A stretch of 64,000 nt of DNA from Dehalococcoidia bacterium (GTDB lineage Bacteria; Chloroflexota; Dehalococcoidia; DSTF01; WHTK01). The stretch spans positions 2,568 to 66,567 of the forward strand of contig WHTK01000003.1 of NCBI GenBank assembly GCA_009377745.1. Reading direction: 5' to 3'. How positions within the stretch are numbered: the first letter of the stretch is position 1; the number at the start of each line of letters is the position of its first letter. Shown here one piece after another: positions 17,930 through 26,065 of the stretch. A program made the translations under genes and the position numbers. The notes under the pieces are model-generated. The model searched no databases, was not told where the DNA came from, and worked only from the letters and a program-made list of their open reading frames with translations.

Positions 17930-19378
17930 TCAGCCAACGGTGCCGTTGGCTTCCTGTCCCTGAGACTTGAAGTCGTCCCAGGTGCGCATACCGCGCCACT
18001 CCCAGCGTCGCGCCGCGCTATCGACGCCGCGGTAGATGTTGTGGTCGAAGCGGTTGTTGCCGCCCCACATCATCTCGGGTTGGAAGTCAGCGGCCGCGCC
18101 GCTCACGCCCTCACCAGTGAGGTAAGTAATCGTGTTGTGGTGGACGTGGTTGTTCTGGGTAAGGTGCGGTCCGAACTTGCCGTTACCCCGGTTCTGCTGG
18201 ATCAAGACGATGCCATCGCCGTTGCCGACCTCTACCGTGTTCTGGTATATCTCCACGTTGCTTGAGCCGGCGATCGTAATCTGGCCGCCCCAGAGCCAGG
18301 CGCTGAACCCGTAGCCGTTGCCCTTCACGACATTGTTGCGGATGACGGCGGCGTAGCTGATCTCGTGGAATATGCCCATCCGCTCGTTGTTGATGACCGT
18401 GTTGCCTTCGTAGAGGGTGTTGATGTTGTCAATGTCCGTCCAGAGACCGGGCCCTTTGTTGTCGTGGACGAAGTTGCCACGCACGACCAGACCATCGGTC
18501 AGGACAAACTTTGTGCCGCCCGCTTCCCAGCCAGCGACGACGTTGCGGGTGTTGTTAAAGGCGATCTCATTGTTCTCAATGAGGATGCCGGAGCCTTCGC
18601 CGCCGGTCAGGCCAATCTGCCCGTTGTGGTGGATGTTGTTTGAGACGACCTGCATCCCGGGAGCGAGCCTGATGCCGCCGCCGTAGTTGTTGCGGATCTC
18701 GTTGCCTTCGATGCGCCAGCCGGAGCTCAGGGCGCCGTTGGGCGCCGCCCTGCCGTGGATCGCACCTTGCTGCACCGGGTTCATATACCGCTCGACCACG
18801 AGCCCGCGGATCGTGACATCGCGAGCGCTGCCGTGGAAGGCGTAAAGGCTAACATTCTCGCCATCGAGAATTGCCCCCGGCTCGCCGATGAAGCTCTGGC
18901 CAGCCTTGGGGACAACCGACTGGCGGATGTGGACGCCGGCCCTGATGATGAACGTCGCTCCCTCCGGGTTCGCCGACACCGCCGCCTGGATGTTATCGCC
19001 AGGGTTGATTACTAGCTCGCTGCGTGCCTGCGCGGTGGTTGCCGGTGGGATCGTAGATGGTGGGGGTGTCGCGGACGGTCGCGCCGGAGGCCGTGGTGTC
19101 GCGGTGGGGCCGGGTGTTGCCGCTTGAGCCGACGGTGTGACGCTAGGCGCGACCGGCGGCTCGTCCAGCTGAGGTGTCCAGACCGGCAAAACGAAGGTGG
19201 GCGCGGAAGCAATTTCGTCGCGCAGCTCGTCCGGTGGGACGTCGGCGCCATTTGGCATCATGAAGATGATGGCCAGGACTACGAGAGCTGTACCACCGAT
19301 GGGCAGGAGGAGGCGCCGGATCCGCCCGTGAGCCATCCAACGCCAACACGAGCCAGGCAAGCTAAGAAGGTGCTTCAT
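17930..19378 (-). CDS. membrane-anchored right-handed parallel beta-helix protein (pectate-lyase-fold, PbH1 repeats)
   Basis: N-terminal TM helix, Pro-rich linker, then NPGDNIQAAVSANPEGATFIIRAGVH and NNIHHNGQIG/NNEIAFNN repeats. Paralog of the C-terminal half of the 26066-28096 protein. Confidence 0.6.
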   Translation of the reverse strand: MKHLLSLPGSCWRWMAHGRIRRLLLPIGGTALVVLAIIFMMPNGADVPPDELRDEIASAPTFVLPVWTPQLDEPPVAPSVTPSAQAATPGPTATPRPPARPSATPPPSTIPPATTAQARSELVINPGDNIQAAVSANPEGATFIIRAGVHIRQSVVPKAGQSFIGEPGAILDGENVSLYAFHGSARDVTIRGLVVERYMNPVQQGAIHGRAAPNGALSSGWRIEGNEIRNNYGGGIRLAPGMQVVSNNIHHNGQIGLTGGEGSGILIENNEIAFNNTRNVVAGWEAGGTKFVLTDGLVVRGNFVHDNKGPGLWTDIDNINTLYEGNTVINNERMGIFHEISYAAVIRNNVVKGNGYGFSAWLWGGQITIAGSSNVEIYQNTVEVGNGDGIVLIQQNRGNGKFGPHLTQNNHVHHNTITYLTGEGVSGAAADFQPEMMWGGNNRFDHNIYRGVDSAARRWEWRGMRTWDDFKSQGQEANGTVG

Positions 19379-19509
19379 GCAAGGACTTAAATATGATACC
19401 GGTCAAACCCGCGGGAAACGCGGTTCTGGTGACGATAGGCCGCGTTTGTAATGTCTCGCTAACGATTCCAGGACGACGCCGCCCCGCGCAGCCGTTACAC
19501 TAAGAGGCC

Positions 19510-20841
19510 ATGGGCGCAGTTGGTCAGCTGATCGCCAACCTCGACGTTGAGGACACGGGGCGTGCCCTTCATCAGCAAATCCGAGACCTCTACCCGCTCT
19601 GTCGCAGCATCACGGGCGAAGGCCTGCGCGAGACGCTGCGCTGGATCCAGCGGTCGATACCGCTCGAAGTCCGTGAGGTAGCGACGGGCACCCAGGTCCT
19701 CGATTGGACGGTGCCGCGCGAGTGGAGCATACGAGACGCATATATAGCGGATGCCGCCGGTAACCGCGTCGTCGATTTCAAGCGCCACAACCTCCACGTC
19801 GTCAACTACAGCGCCCCAATATCCGCGCGTATGAGCCTGGACGAGCTACGCCCCCATCTCTACACGCTACCGGACCGGCCCGGCTGGATCCCCTATCGCA
19901 CTTCTTACTACGACGAATCCTGGGGGTTCTGTCTGAGCCACAACCAACTCCTCGCCCTGCCCGACGGCGAATACGACGTCTGCATCGACTCCACTCTGGC
20001 CGACGGCCATCTTTCCTACGGCGAATACGTCATCGCGGGTGAGAGCGCGGAGGAGATCCTGGTCTCGACGCACGTCTGTCACCCGTCGCTTGCCAACGAC
20101 AACCTCTCCGGCACAGTCGTTGCCACTCGGCTGGCGGAGCTGCTGTCGCGAGATCGGCATCGATACACGTTCCGCTTTCTGTTCATCCCGGGGACGATCG
20201 GTTCGATAACCTGGCTGGCTCTCAACAAGCCGCTGCTGGGCAACATCAGGCACGGCCTGGTCCTGGCCGGCGCGGGCGATGCGGGACCGCTGAGCTACAA
20301 ACGCAGCCGCCGCGGAAACGCCGGGATTGACCGCGCCGTGGAGCATGTCCTCAGGCAGCGAGGTAACGAATACCTGATCCGCGACTTCGAGCCGTACGGC
20401 TACGATGAGCGTCAGTATTGCTCCCCCGGCTTCAACCTGCCCGTAGGTAACGTTTCGCGGACCCCGTTTGGCCAGTACCCCGAATACCACACCTCGGCGG
20501 ACGACCCAGACTTCGTCAAGGCCGACGCCCTGGCCGATTCGCTCGCCTTCTGCTTGGAGATACTCCACGTACTGGAGAGCAACGGTCGCCACTTCAACCT
20601 GATGCCGGAAGGGGAGCCGCAGCTCGGCCGGCGCGGGCTCTACGGCCCGATAGGCGGCGCGACCGAGGCCCGCACCTTCCAGATGGCAATGCTCTGGGCC
20701 CTGAATCTCTCCGACGGGTCGCACTCGCTGCTCGATATCGCGGAGCGCGCAGGCATGCCCTTCGGCGTGATCTATGACGCTGCCGAGGCACTCACAGAGC
20801 ATGGATTGCTGAAGCCGTTGCCGCCTGATCAGGATGCCTGA
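19510..20841 (+). CDS. DUF4910 / aminopeptidase-like (M28-fold, COG4310-type) polysaccharide-locus protein
   Basis: QQIRDLYPLCRSITGEGLRETL...VCHPSLANDNLSG matches the conserved DUF4910 pattern seen beside O-antigen/EPS genes. Confidence 0.55.
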   Translation: MGAVGQLIANLDVEDTGRALHQQIRDLYPLCRSITGEGLRETLRWIQRSIPLEVREVATGTQVLDWTVPREWSIRDAYIADAAGNRVVDFKRHNLHVVNYSAPISARMSLDELRPHLYTLPDRPGWIPYRTSYYDESWGFCLSHNQLLALPDGEYDVCIDSTLADGHLSYGEYVIAGESAEEILVSTHVCHPSLANDNLSGTVVATRLAELLSRDRHRYTFRFLFIPGTIGSITWLALNKPLLGNIRHGLVLAGAGDAGPLSYKRSRRGNAGIDRAVEHVLRQRGNEYLIRDFEPYGYDERQYCSPGFNLPVGNVSRTPFGQYPEYHTSADDPDFVKADALADSLAFCLEILHVLESNGRHFNLMPEGEPQLGRRGLYGPIGGATEARTFQMAMLWALNLSDGSHSLLDIAERAGMPFGVIYDAAEALTEHGLLKPLPPDQDA

Positions 20842-21656
20842 TGGGGCCGGGACGTCTCGAGGGCGAGGTCGCAATCATAACGGGAGGTGGGCGTGGCTTC
20901 GGCAAGGCGATTGCCGAGCGGTTTGCGACCGAGGGTGCGGCAGTAGCCATCACGCAGCGCTCCAGTGACCAGCTGGCGCAGACCGCCGCTGCCATAATCG
21001 CCAGCGGTGGCGAAGCCCTGGCGGTTGCTGGTGACGTGACCGACGTGGCGCGTGTTGAGGCTGTCATCGAGGAAGCAGAAAGCCGGTTCGGCCGCGTCAG
21101 CCTGCTGGTGAACGCCGCGGGTGTGGCCGGGCCCTTTGGCCCCTTGTGGGAAGTCGCTCCGGACGACTGGTGGCGCACGCAGGAGATCCATGTCCGGGGC
21201 ACATTCCTGTTCGCCGGCGCGGTCATGCGACGTATGGTGCGCGGAGGTGGCGGCCGGATAATCAGCCTCGTGAGTAACGCCGGGACGCGGGTAAGTACCA
21301 ACGACTCCGGTTACAGTCTGGCCAAGGCAAGCCAGATCCGGCTCATGGAGCTGGCGGCCCAGGAGGGTCGGCCGCATGGCGTAGTGACGTTCGCCGTGCA
21401 CCCGGGCACTGTCGCCACCGAGCTGACTGATTTGATCATTTCCTCGGGGGAGGCACAACAATGGCTGCCGAACCTCGTCGCGCACCTCGACCGGGTCCGG
21501 GAATCGTCCGACGCCGATGCAGGGCTCGCCCGCTGTGCCGCGATGTGTGTCGAGCTTGCTTCCGGGAACTACGATGCCCTGTCCGGGCGCTATCTCGAAG
21601 CGGGCTGGGACCTCGATGCGCTGGCGAAGGAAGCGAAGGGCTCTTCGGGTGCCTGA
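20841..21656 (+). CDS. short-chain dehydrogenase/reductase (SDR family)
   Basis: AIITGGGRGFGKAIA Rossmann motif; YSLAK active-site Tyr/Lys. 1-nt overlap with the upstream gene. Confidence 0.8.
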   Translation: MGPGRLEGEVAIITGGGRGFGKAIAERFATEGAAVAITQRSSDQLAQTAAAIIASGGEALAVAGDVTDVARVEAVIEEAESRFGRVSLLVNAAGVAGPFGPLWEVAPDDWWRTQEIHVRGTFLFAGAVMRRMVRGGGGRIISLVSNAGTRVSTNDSGYSLAKASQIRLMELAAQEGRPHGVVTFAVHPGTVATELTDLIISSGEAQQWLPNLVAHLDRVRESSDADAGLARCAAMCVELASGNYDALSGRYLEAGWDLDALAKEAKGSSGA

Positions 21657-21745
21657 GAGAGCGCAGGCCGGGCAGGTGACAGCTAAGAGCTGAGTTATGC
21701 CACCCCGGGGCTACGCGTCACCACCTTGTGGAGACTACGCCCGTG

Positions 21746-23680
21746 TCACTCCCGCGGTGCGCCGCTAAACACGATCTCGATCTCGCGGTCAATGCGCAGG
21801 TCGGTTTGGAGGCTCGCGCCCGAAGCCGGGTTGCCGTCGAGCGAGATCGAGGTTAGCCGGACGCCCTTGTCGAAGACGGCGTGGACGTCGAGCGGGACGG
21901 CGTCCGTGCCGGCCTGCTTCTGCACATACAGGTTGTAGTGATAGAGGCCGTCTTCGCCCTGCTGTGCGACGCCCGGCGTCTCGTAGAGGAACTGGACGCT
22001 CGCCGTTGCGCCCGGCAGGACCGGGAAGAAACGCCCGAAGACGCGTCTCCCGAGTTCGAGGTCGACCTGCTCCGGCCCGACGCTGCGGCCCTGGAGGCGC
22101 ACATCAAGCAGCCGCGCCTGCTCATGGACGTAGAGACGCAGATAGCAGCCGTAGACGCCGTCCAGCATCAGCGTCTGGACAAGCCGTGGATCGCGGCCGA
22201 TCCGCCACTCAGGAAGCGGGTTCATGATCGTGTAGGTAAGCAGAGAGCGGACGCTGCCGTCTGAGAAGAGCTGCAGGTCGAGCCGGGCGCGGGTCTGGAG
22301 GATCAGGTTTAGCTTTGTGCTGTTCACGCTCGAATCGGCGATTAGGAGGGCGTCGCCATCGGTCTTGGTAAGGGCGCCATCGAAGCTGTAGCCGCGGGCG
22401 AGCGACTGGAGATTGGCGTCATTGAAGTTGAGCTGCAAATGGCGTTCGCGGCCCATCCTGTCGAGCAGGCTCAGCAGGTCCACCCATTGGTCCTTGGGTG
22501 ACGTAAAGATAAGCGTCAAGACAGCGCGCGCCAGATGGGAGAGGAAGGCCTTGCGGGGTGTCCCCGGCACGTAGTCCTCATCCCGCGTCTGCTCCAGGGT
22601 GACCTCCTCCACGTTCTCCGCCGTGACGGTCACGCCGTAGTCTGGCACCGAGACGGGGCCGAGCAGCTCCAGGAGCGCCCGCACAAACTTGAGGTCGATA
22701 GCGATGATGCCATCCGTGGGCGGGGCGCCTCCCTTGGCTACAAAGCCGGCGGCTAGACGGGCGGTGGTTGGGAAGTCCGGGTACCAGCCTGCCTCGCCGA
22801 GGCCCCAGGAGTAGTCGTACTTGAGGTAGTTCTTGAGGGGCGCGGGCGGCTCGATGTACTCGTGGGTCTGGCTCTGCCAGCGGTCGAAGAGGGTGCCGAA
22901 ATACTCCAGGTCCATCGAGACCAGGCGGCCGCCATCGAAAGTTACAATGCCGTAGCTGGAGATTAGGCCGCCGGACGGGAACAGCTCCGTGTTGTTCTGG
23001 GGCAATACCAGATAGCGCCTGGGCCCAGCTTGACCGAGCAGCTCGGGCAGAAGCCCGATGGCGCGATTATAGCCATCGACGAGCGCCTCCAGTCTGGCGA
23101 GGGCGGTATCAAGGTCTGTCGTGGCGCGGTCGAGCGGACCGTAGAGGCCTCCCGGCACCTGCCGGCGAATCGACTGCAGCCTCTGCAACCCCGCCTCGAC
23201 TTCTGCCATGGCGGGTTCCTGGCCCTTCAGGAAGCCGATCGCTTCTTCGATGGAGGTGCGGCCCGGGTCGCGCTCGTAGCGGGCGAAGGCCAGAGCCACG
23301 TCTGTCGCCTGCACGCCGGTCCTGGCGGACTCCTCCGCTGCCGCGACGAGCAACTTCAAGCCATCGACCTGATCTCCGGCCACGGGCAACAGGGACCCAA
23401 GCGTGATTAGCGGATCGGTGCGGACGAAGGCGCGGGCGGCGCCGAGCCGTTCAGCGGCGCGGACGAGGCGCTCGCGCTTTACCAGGATGCCGTCCTCGGA
23501 GTCCTCCAGCTCTGTGATGTCCAGCTCGTCCCTTATCGAGAGCAGGATGTCCTTGCTTTCCGAGACGTCCCGATAAAAGCCGTACGCCCTGTAAGCCTCG
23601 ATCGCCAGCAGGACGAGCGCGAGCAGGATGAGGACGAACGCGACGTGGCTTTTGAGGAGACGCGGTTTTGGGTTCAGCAC
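21746..23680 (-). CDS. DUF4012-like large extracytoplasmic protein with N-terminal TM anchor
   Basis: 644 aa; one N-terminal TM helix (VAFVLILLALVLLAI). Architecture as in actinobacterial DUF4012 cell-envelope proteins; assignment from memory only. Confidence 0.45.
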   Translation of the reverse strand: MLNPKPRLLKSHVAFVLILLALVLLAIEAYRAYGFYRDVSESKDILLSIRDELDITELEDSEDGILVKRERLVRAAERLGAARAFVRTDPLITLGSLLPVAGDQVDGLKLLVAAAEESARTGVQATDVALAFARYERDPGRTSIEEAIGFLKGQEPAMAEVEAGLQRLQSIRRQVPGGLYGPLDRATTDLDTALARLEALVDGYNRAIGLLPELLGQAGPRRYLVLPQNNTELFPSGGLISSYGIVTFDGGRLVSMDLEYFGTLFDRWQSQTHEYIEPPAPLKNYLKYDYSWGLGEAGWYPDFPTTARLAAGFVAKGGAPPTDGIIAIDLKFVRALLELLGPVSVPDYGVTVTAENVEEVTLEQTRDEDYVPGTPRKAFLSHLARAVLTLIFTSPKDQWVDLLSLLDRMGRERHLQLNFNDANLQSLARGYSFDGALTKTDGDALLIADSSVNSTKLNLILQTRARLDLQLFSDGSVRSLLTYTIMNPLPEWRIGRDPRLVQTLMLDGVYGCYLRLYVHEQARLLDVRLQGRSVGPEQVDLELGRRVFGRFFPVLPGATASVQFLYETPGVAQQGEDGLYHYNLYVQKQAGTDAVPLDVHAVFDKGVRLTSISLDGNPASGASLQTDLRIDREIEIVFSGAPRE

Positions 23681-23714
23681 GGGCTACGGCCGCGCGCCGA
23701 TAGCGCATCGAGTG

Positions 23715-24365
23715 TCACAGTTGCTTTGCGAGATCCGGCTGAGCCTGCAACAGCAGCGCGCCGAGGCACTGGAGCAGGAATTCGCTGAGCAGTCCTTGCT
23801 CCGCCATAGCGCGAAGCTCGGGCAGAGTGGCGGCGTAGTAGCCGCCGGCGATCTCGGGTTGCCCCGTTAGCCGCACGGTCTGGATGCGATTCCTTTTCTC
23901 GAAGAACATGCCGGGGTCCTGAGCCACGCTGAAGGAGTCCTCACCTACAAGCGCCGCGTAGGGGATGTCTTCGCCGCGCAATCGTTCGACACCGGCCTGG
24001 ACGGTGGTGGTGACCAAGATGCGGCCGGGAGTGTCGCTACCCGGCTCCTCTTTGGCCTGGACGAGAAACTTCAGCTCGTGCTCGGCGTCCTGCCAGTAGA
24101 CGAGGGCGATCTCAGCGTGTGGTTTGGCGATGGGATGGATGAGGAAGAGAGACGGCCAGGACCGGCGAGGGCTCTTTGCCTGGACAAGGATGCCCTCGTG
24201 ACCGGCAGCGGGGTTCCAGAAGTGGGCGCTCTCCTGCCGCCAGCCGGTGCCATCGAGAGACTCCTGGCGTCTCAAGGACTCGATGCCCTTCTCGCGCCGT
24301 TGGGTCGCCAGCCACTGTTGCATCCCTGTCACCGCGCCGGACCTCCGGATTCCATGGACTGCCAT
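23715..24365 (-). CDS. hypothetical protein
   Basis: 216-aa ORF with coding-like composition; no recognisable motif. Confidence 0.3.
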   Translation of the reverse strand: MAVHGIRRSGAVTGMQQWLATQRREKGIESLRRQESLDGTGWRQESAHFWNPAAGHEGILVQAKSPRRSWPSLFLIHPIAKPHAEIALVYWQDAEHELKFLVQAKEEPGSDTPGRILVTTTVQAGVERLRGEDIPYAALVGEDSFSVAQDPGMFFEKRNRIQTVRLTGQPEIAGGYYAATLPELRAMAEQGLLSEFLLQCLGALLLQAQPDLAKQL

Positions 24366-24493
24366 GCCAGGCGTTTGTAATGCCGGTAACGTACTCGCAA
24401 GGCAGGATTGCCTGTATTATGAGCGATACAGCCTCGCCGTAACGTCTCTCAGGCAGGATTGCCGGGTAATATGAGAGAAACGGCTTCGAGCGC

Positions 24494-24982
24494 GTGGGAA
24501 AGGACTCCTTTGTGCGTCTCGCCTTTGTCTTGACCTTCGCCCTGATCAGCCTGAGCCTGAGCTATATTCCACAGGCGAACGCCCAGTACGGGCCTTCTCG
24601 CGGCCGCCTGGTCTGTGAGCTGAACGGCCAGGTTACGGGCAATAGTGTCCAGATAACTACGACGCTTCAGGACACGGACGGCGATGGGGTCTCCGGCCAG
24701 AACATCAACTTCACGGTGCTGGGCGGCTCCGGCGGCCAACTCGACCCGCCGTCCGACGTCACGGGCAATAACGGCGAGGCAAGCGTCACGCTGTTCACGG
24801 ATGGGCCCGGGCAACTCATTGTGCGTGCGACGACCAACAACCAGGTCGCCTGTGATATGACCGTCCTCACCCAGGAGGTCGCGGGCGTGGTCGAGGTTGC
24901 CCCGGTAGCCGAAGTTGCAGAGGTCTCCAACATATTCACGCCGCCGATCGTCGGCGATGCGGGTCTCAAGCCCTCCCAATAG
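24494..24982 (+). CDS. secreted Ig-like (Big/invasin-type) domain protein
   Basis: Signal peptide AFVLTFALISLSLSYIPQANA; ITTTLQDTDGDGVSGQNINFTV..GNNGEASVTLFTDGPG is typical of bacterial Ig-like domains. Confidence 0.45.
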   Translation: MGKDSFVRLAFVLTFALISLSLSYIPQANAQYGPSRGRLVCELNGQVTGNSVQITTTLQDTDGDGVSGQNINFTVLGGSGGQLDPPSDVTGNNGEASVTLFTDGPGQLIVRATTNNQVACDMTVLTQEVAGVVEVAPVAEVAEVSNIFTPPIVGDAGLKPSQ

Positions 24983-25059
24983 CCGAGCTGATTCAGCGAC
25001 AGCCGGAGCGTAAAGATCGTGGATCGGCGCGCTGCTGAGGTGCGCCCGCGGCTAAGATT

Positions 25060-25983
25060 CTATTTCGTCTGGAGATAGAGTGACGCTGGGAAGTGCCCCG
25101 GCGAATCGCGAAAGACGCGCCTGCCTTCCATCAAGCCGTCCCTATGGGGAGCCGGCTGGTACTCGGGGAACACCTCTTTCAGAGCCTCGGGCCGTTCGTA
25201 GTGAAGCTGGCTCATGCAGAAGAGGATGTCGACCTTCTCGTTGAAGGCCAGGTAGGCGCGGACCAGCGCCGGCTCGCTCCAGTGGTAGAGCGTTTGCAGG
25301 GTGTCCGGTTGGTAATCGAAAGGGAAGGCGATGTCATGGATGTGAATCGTTACCCCGGGTGGTAGGCGCGGCAGAACCTCCAGATAGAGGAAGTTGACGT
25401 CGCTGCCCGGCTTGACGATGTGCGAGGAGTCGATGAAGAGGAAATCGCCGGGACCGAGGCTGATGAAGGGGGCGAGGCCTACCTCCTGGACGGGGCTGGC
25501 GATCAACTCCACGGAGTCGAGGGCCCGCAGGGCGGCCGAAGGGTAGGGCTCAATCGAGGTGATCTTGCCGGCCCCGTTCCGCTCCAGCGCTTTGTGCATG
25601 CAGAAGGTTGAGACGCCGCTCCCCACCTCCACAATCCTGCCCGGCTTCAGGGCGCGGATCACGCCGTGCAGCGCCTGAGCCTCGATGTAGCCATATCCGG
25701 GGCCGAAGTGATGCTCGACTGCCTCTCGGAAGGCGGTGTTGCCGGCGTACTCGTCGCGGAATGGGGCGCAAAGGCTGGCCATCGCCTGCACCTGAGCGTC
25801 GAGATCGATGCGAAGGCCCGGCATTTCGGACTTTTGCGCCCAGACGGAGCGGGTCCGCTCCAGATCAGGCAGCTTAACGACGGGCGAGTAATAGTTGGAG
25901 GGTACGATATCGACGCCGATACGCTGAGCCAGCTTGTGAGCGCCGATAATCGCATGCTTCAGACGATCGGAGACGGATGGCAT
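25060..25983 (-). CDS. class I SAM-dependent methyltransferase (macrocin-O-MT / cephalosporin-hydroxylase-like fold)
   Basis: GRIVEVGSGVSTFCM glycine-rich SAM motif; LFIDSSH; in the glycan locus. Confidence 0.55.
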   Translation of the reverse strand: MPSVSDRLKHAIIGAHKLAQRIGVDIVPSNYYSPVVKLPDLERTRSVWAQKSEMPGLRIDLDAQVQAMASLCAPFRDEYAGNTAFREAVEHHFGPGYGYIEAQALHGVIRALKPGRIVEVGSGVSTFCMHKALERNGAGKITSIEPYPSAALRALDSVELIASPVQEVGLAPFISLGPGDFLFIDSSHIVKPGSDVNFLYLEVLPRLPPGVTIHIHDIAFPFDYQPDTLQTLYHWSEPALVRAYLAFNEKVDILFCMSQLHYERPEALKEVFPEYQPAPHRDGLMEGRRVFRDSPGHFPASLYLQTK

Positions 25984-26065
25984 GCCCGCGGATTATACCA
26001 GACCGGGTTCGAGTGTAATCCCCGGACGTGACCGTCCCTGGGTCACGTCCGGGGCGGGCCTCGGT

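Noticed and set aside
19867-20874. 335-aa minus-strand ORF antisense to the DUF4910 gene
   Set aside because: Antisense artifact.
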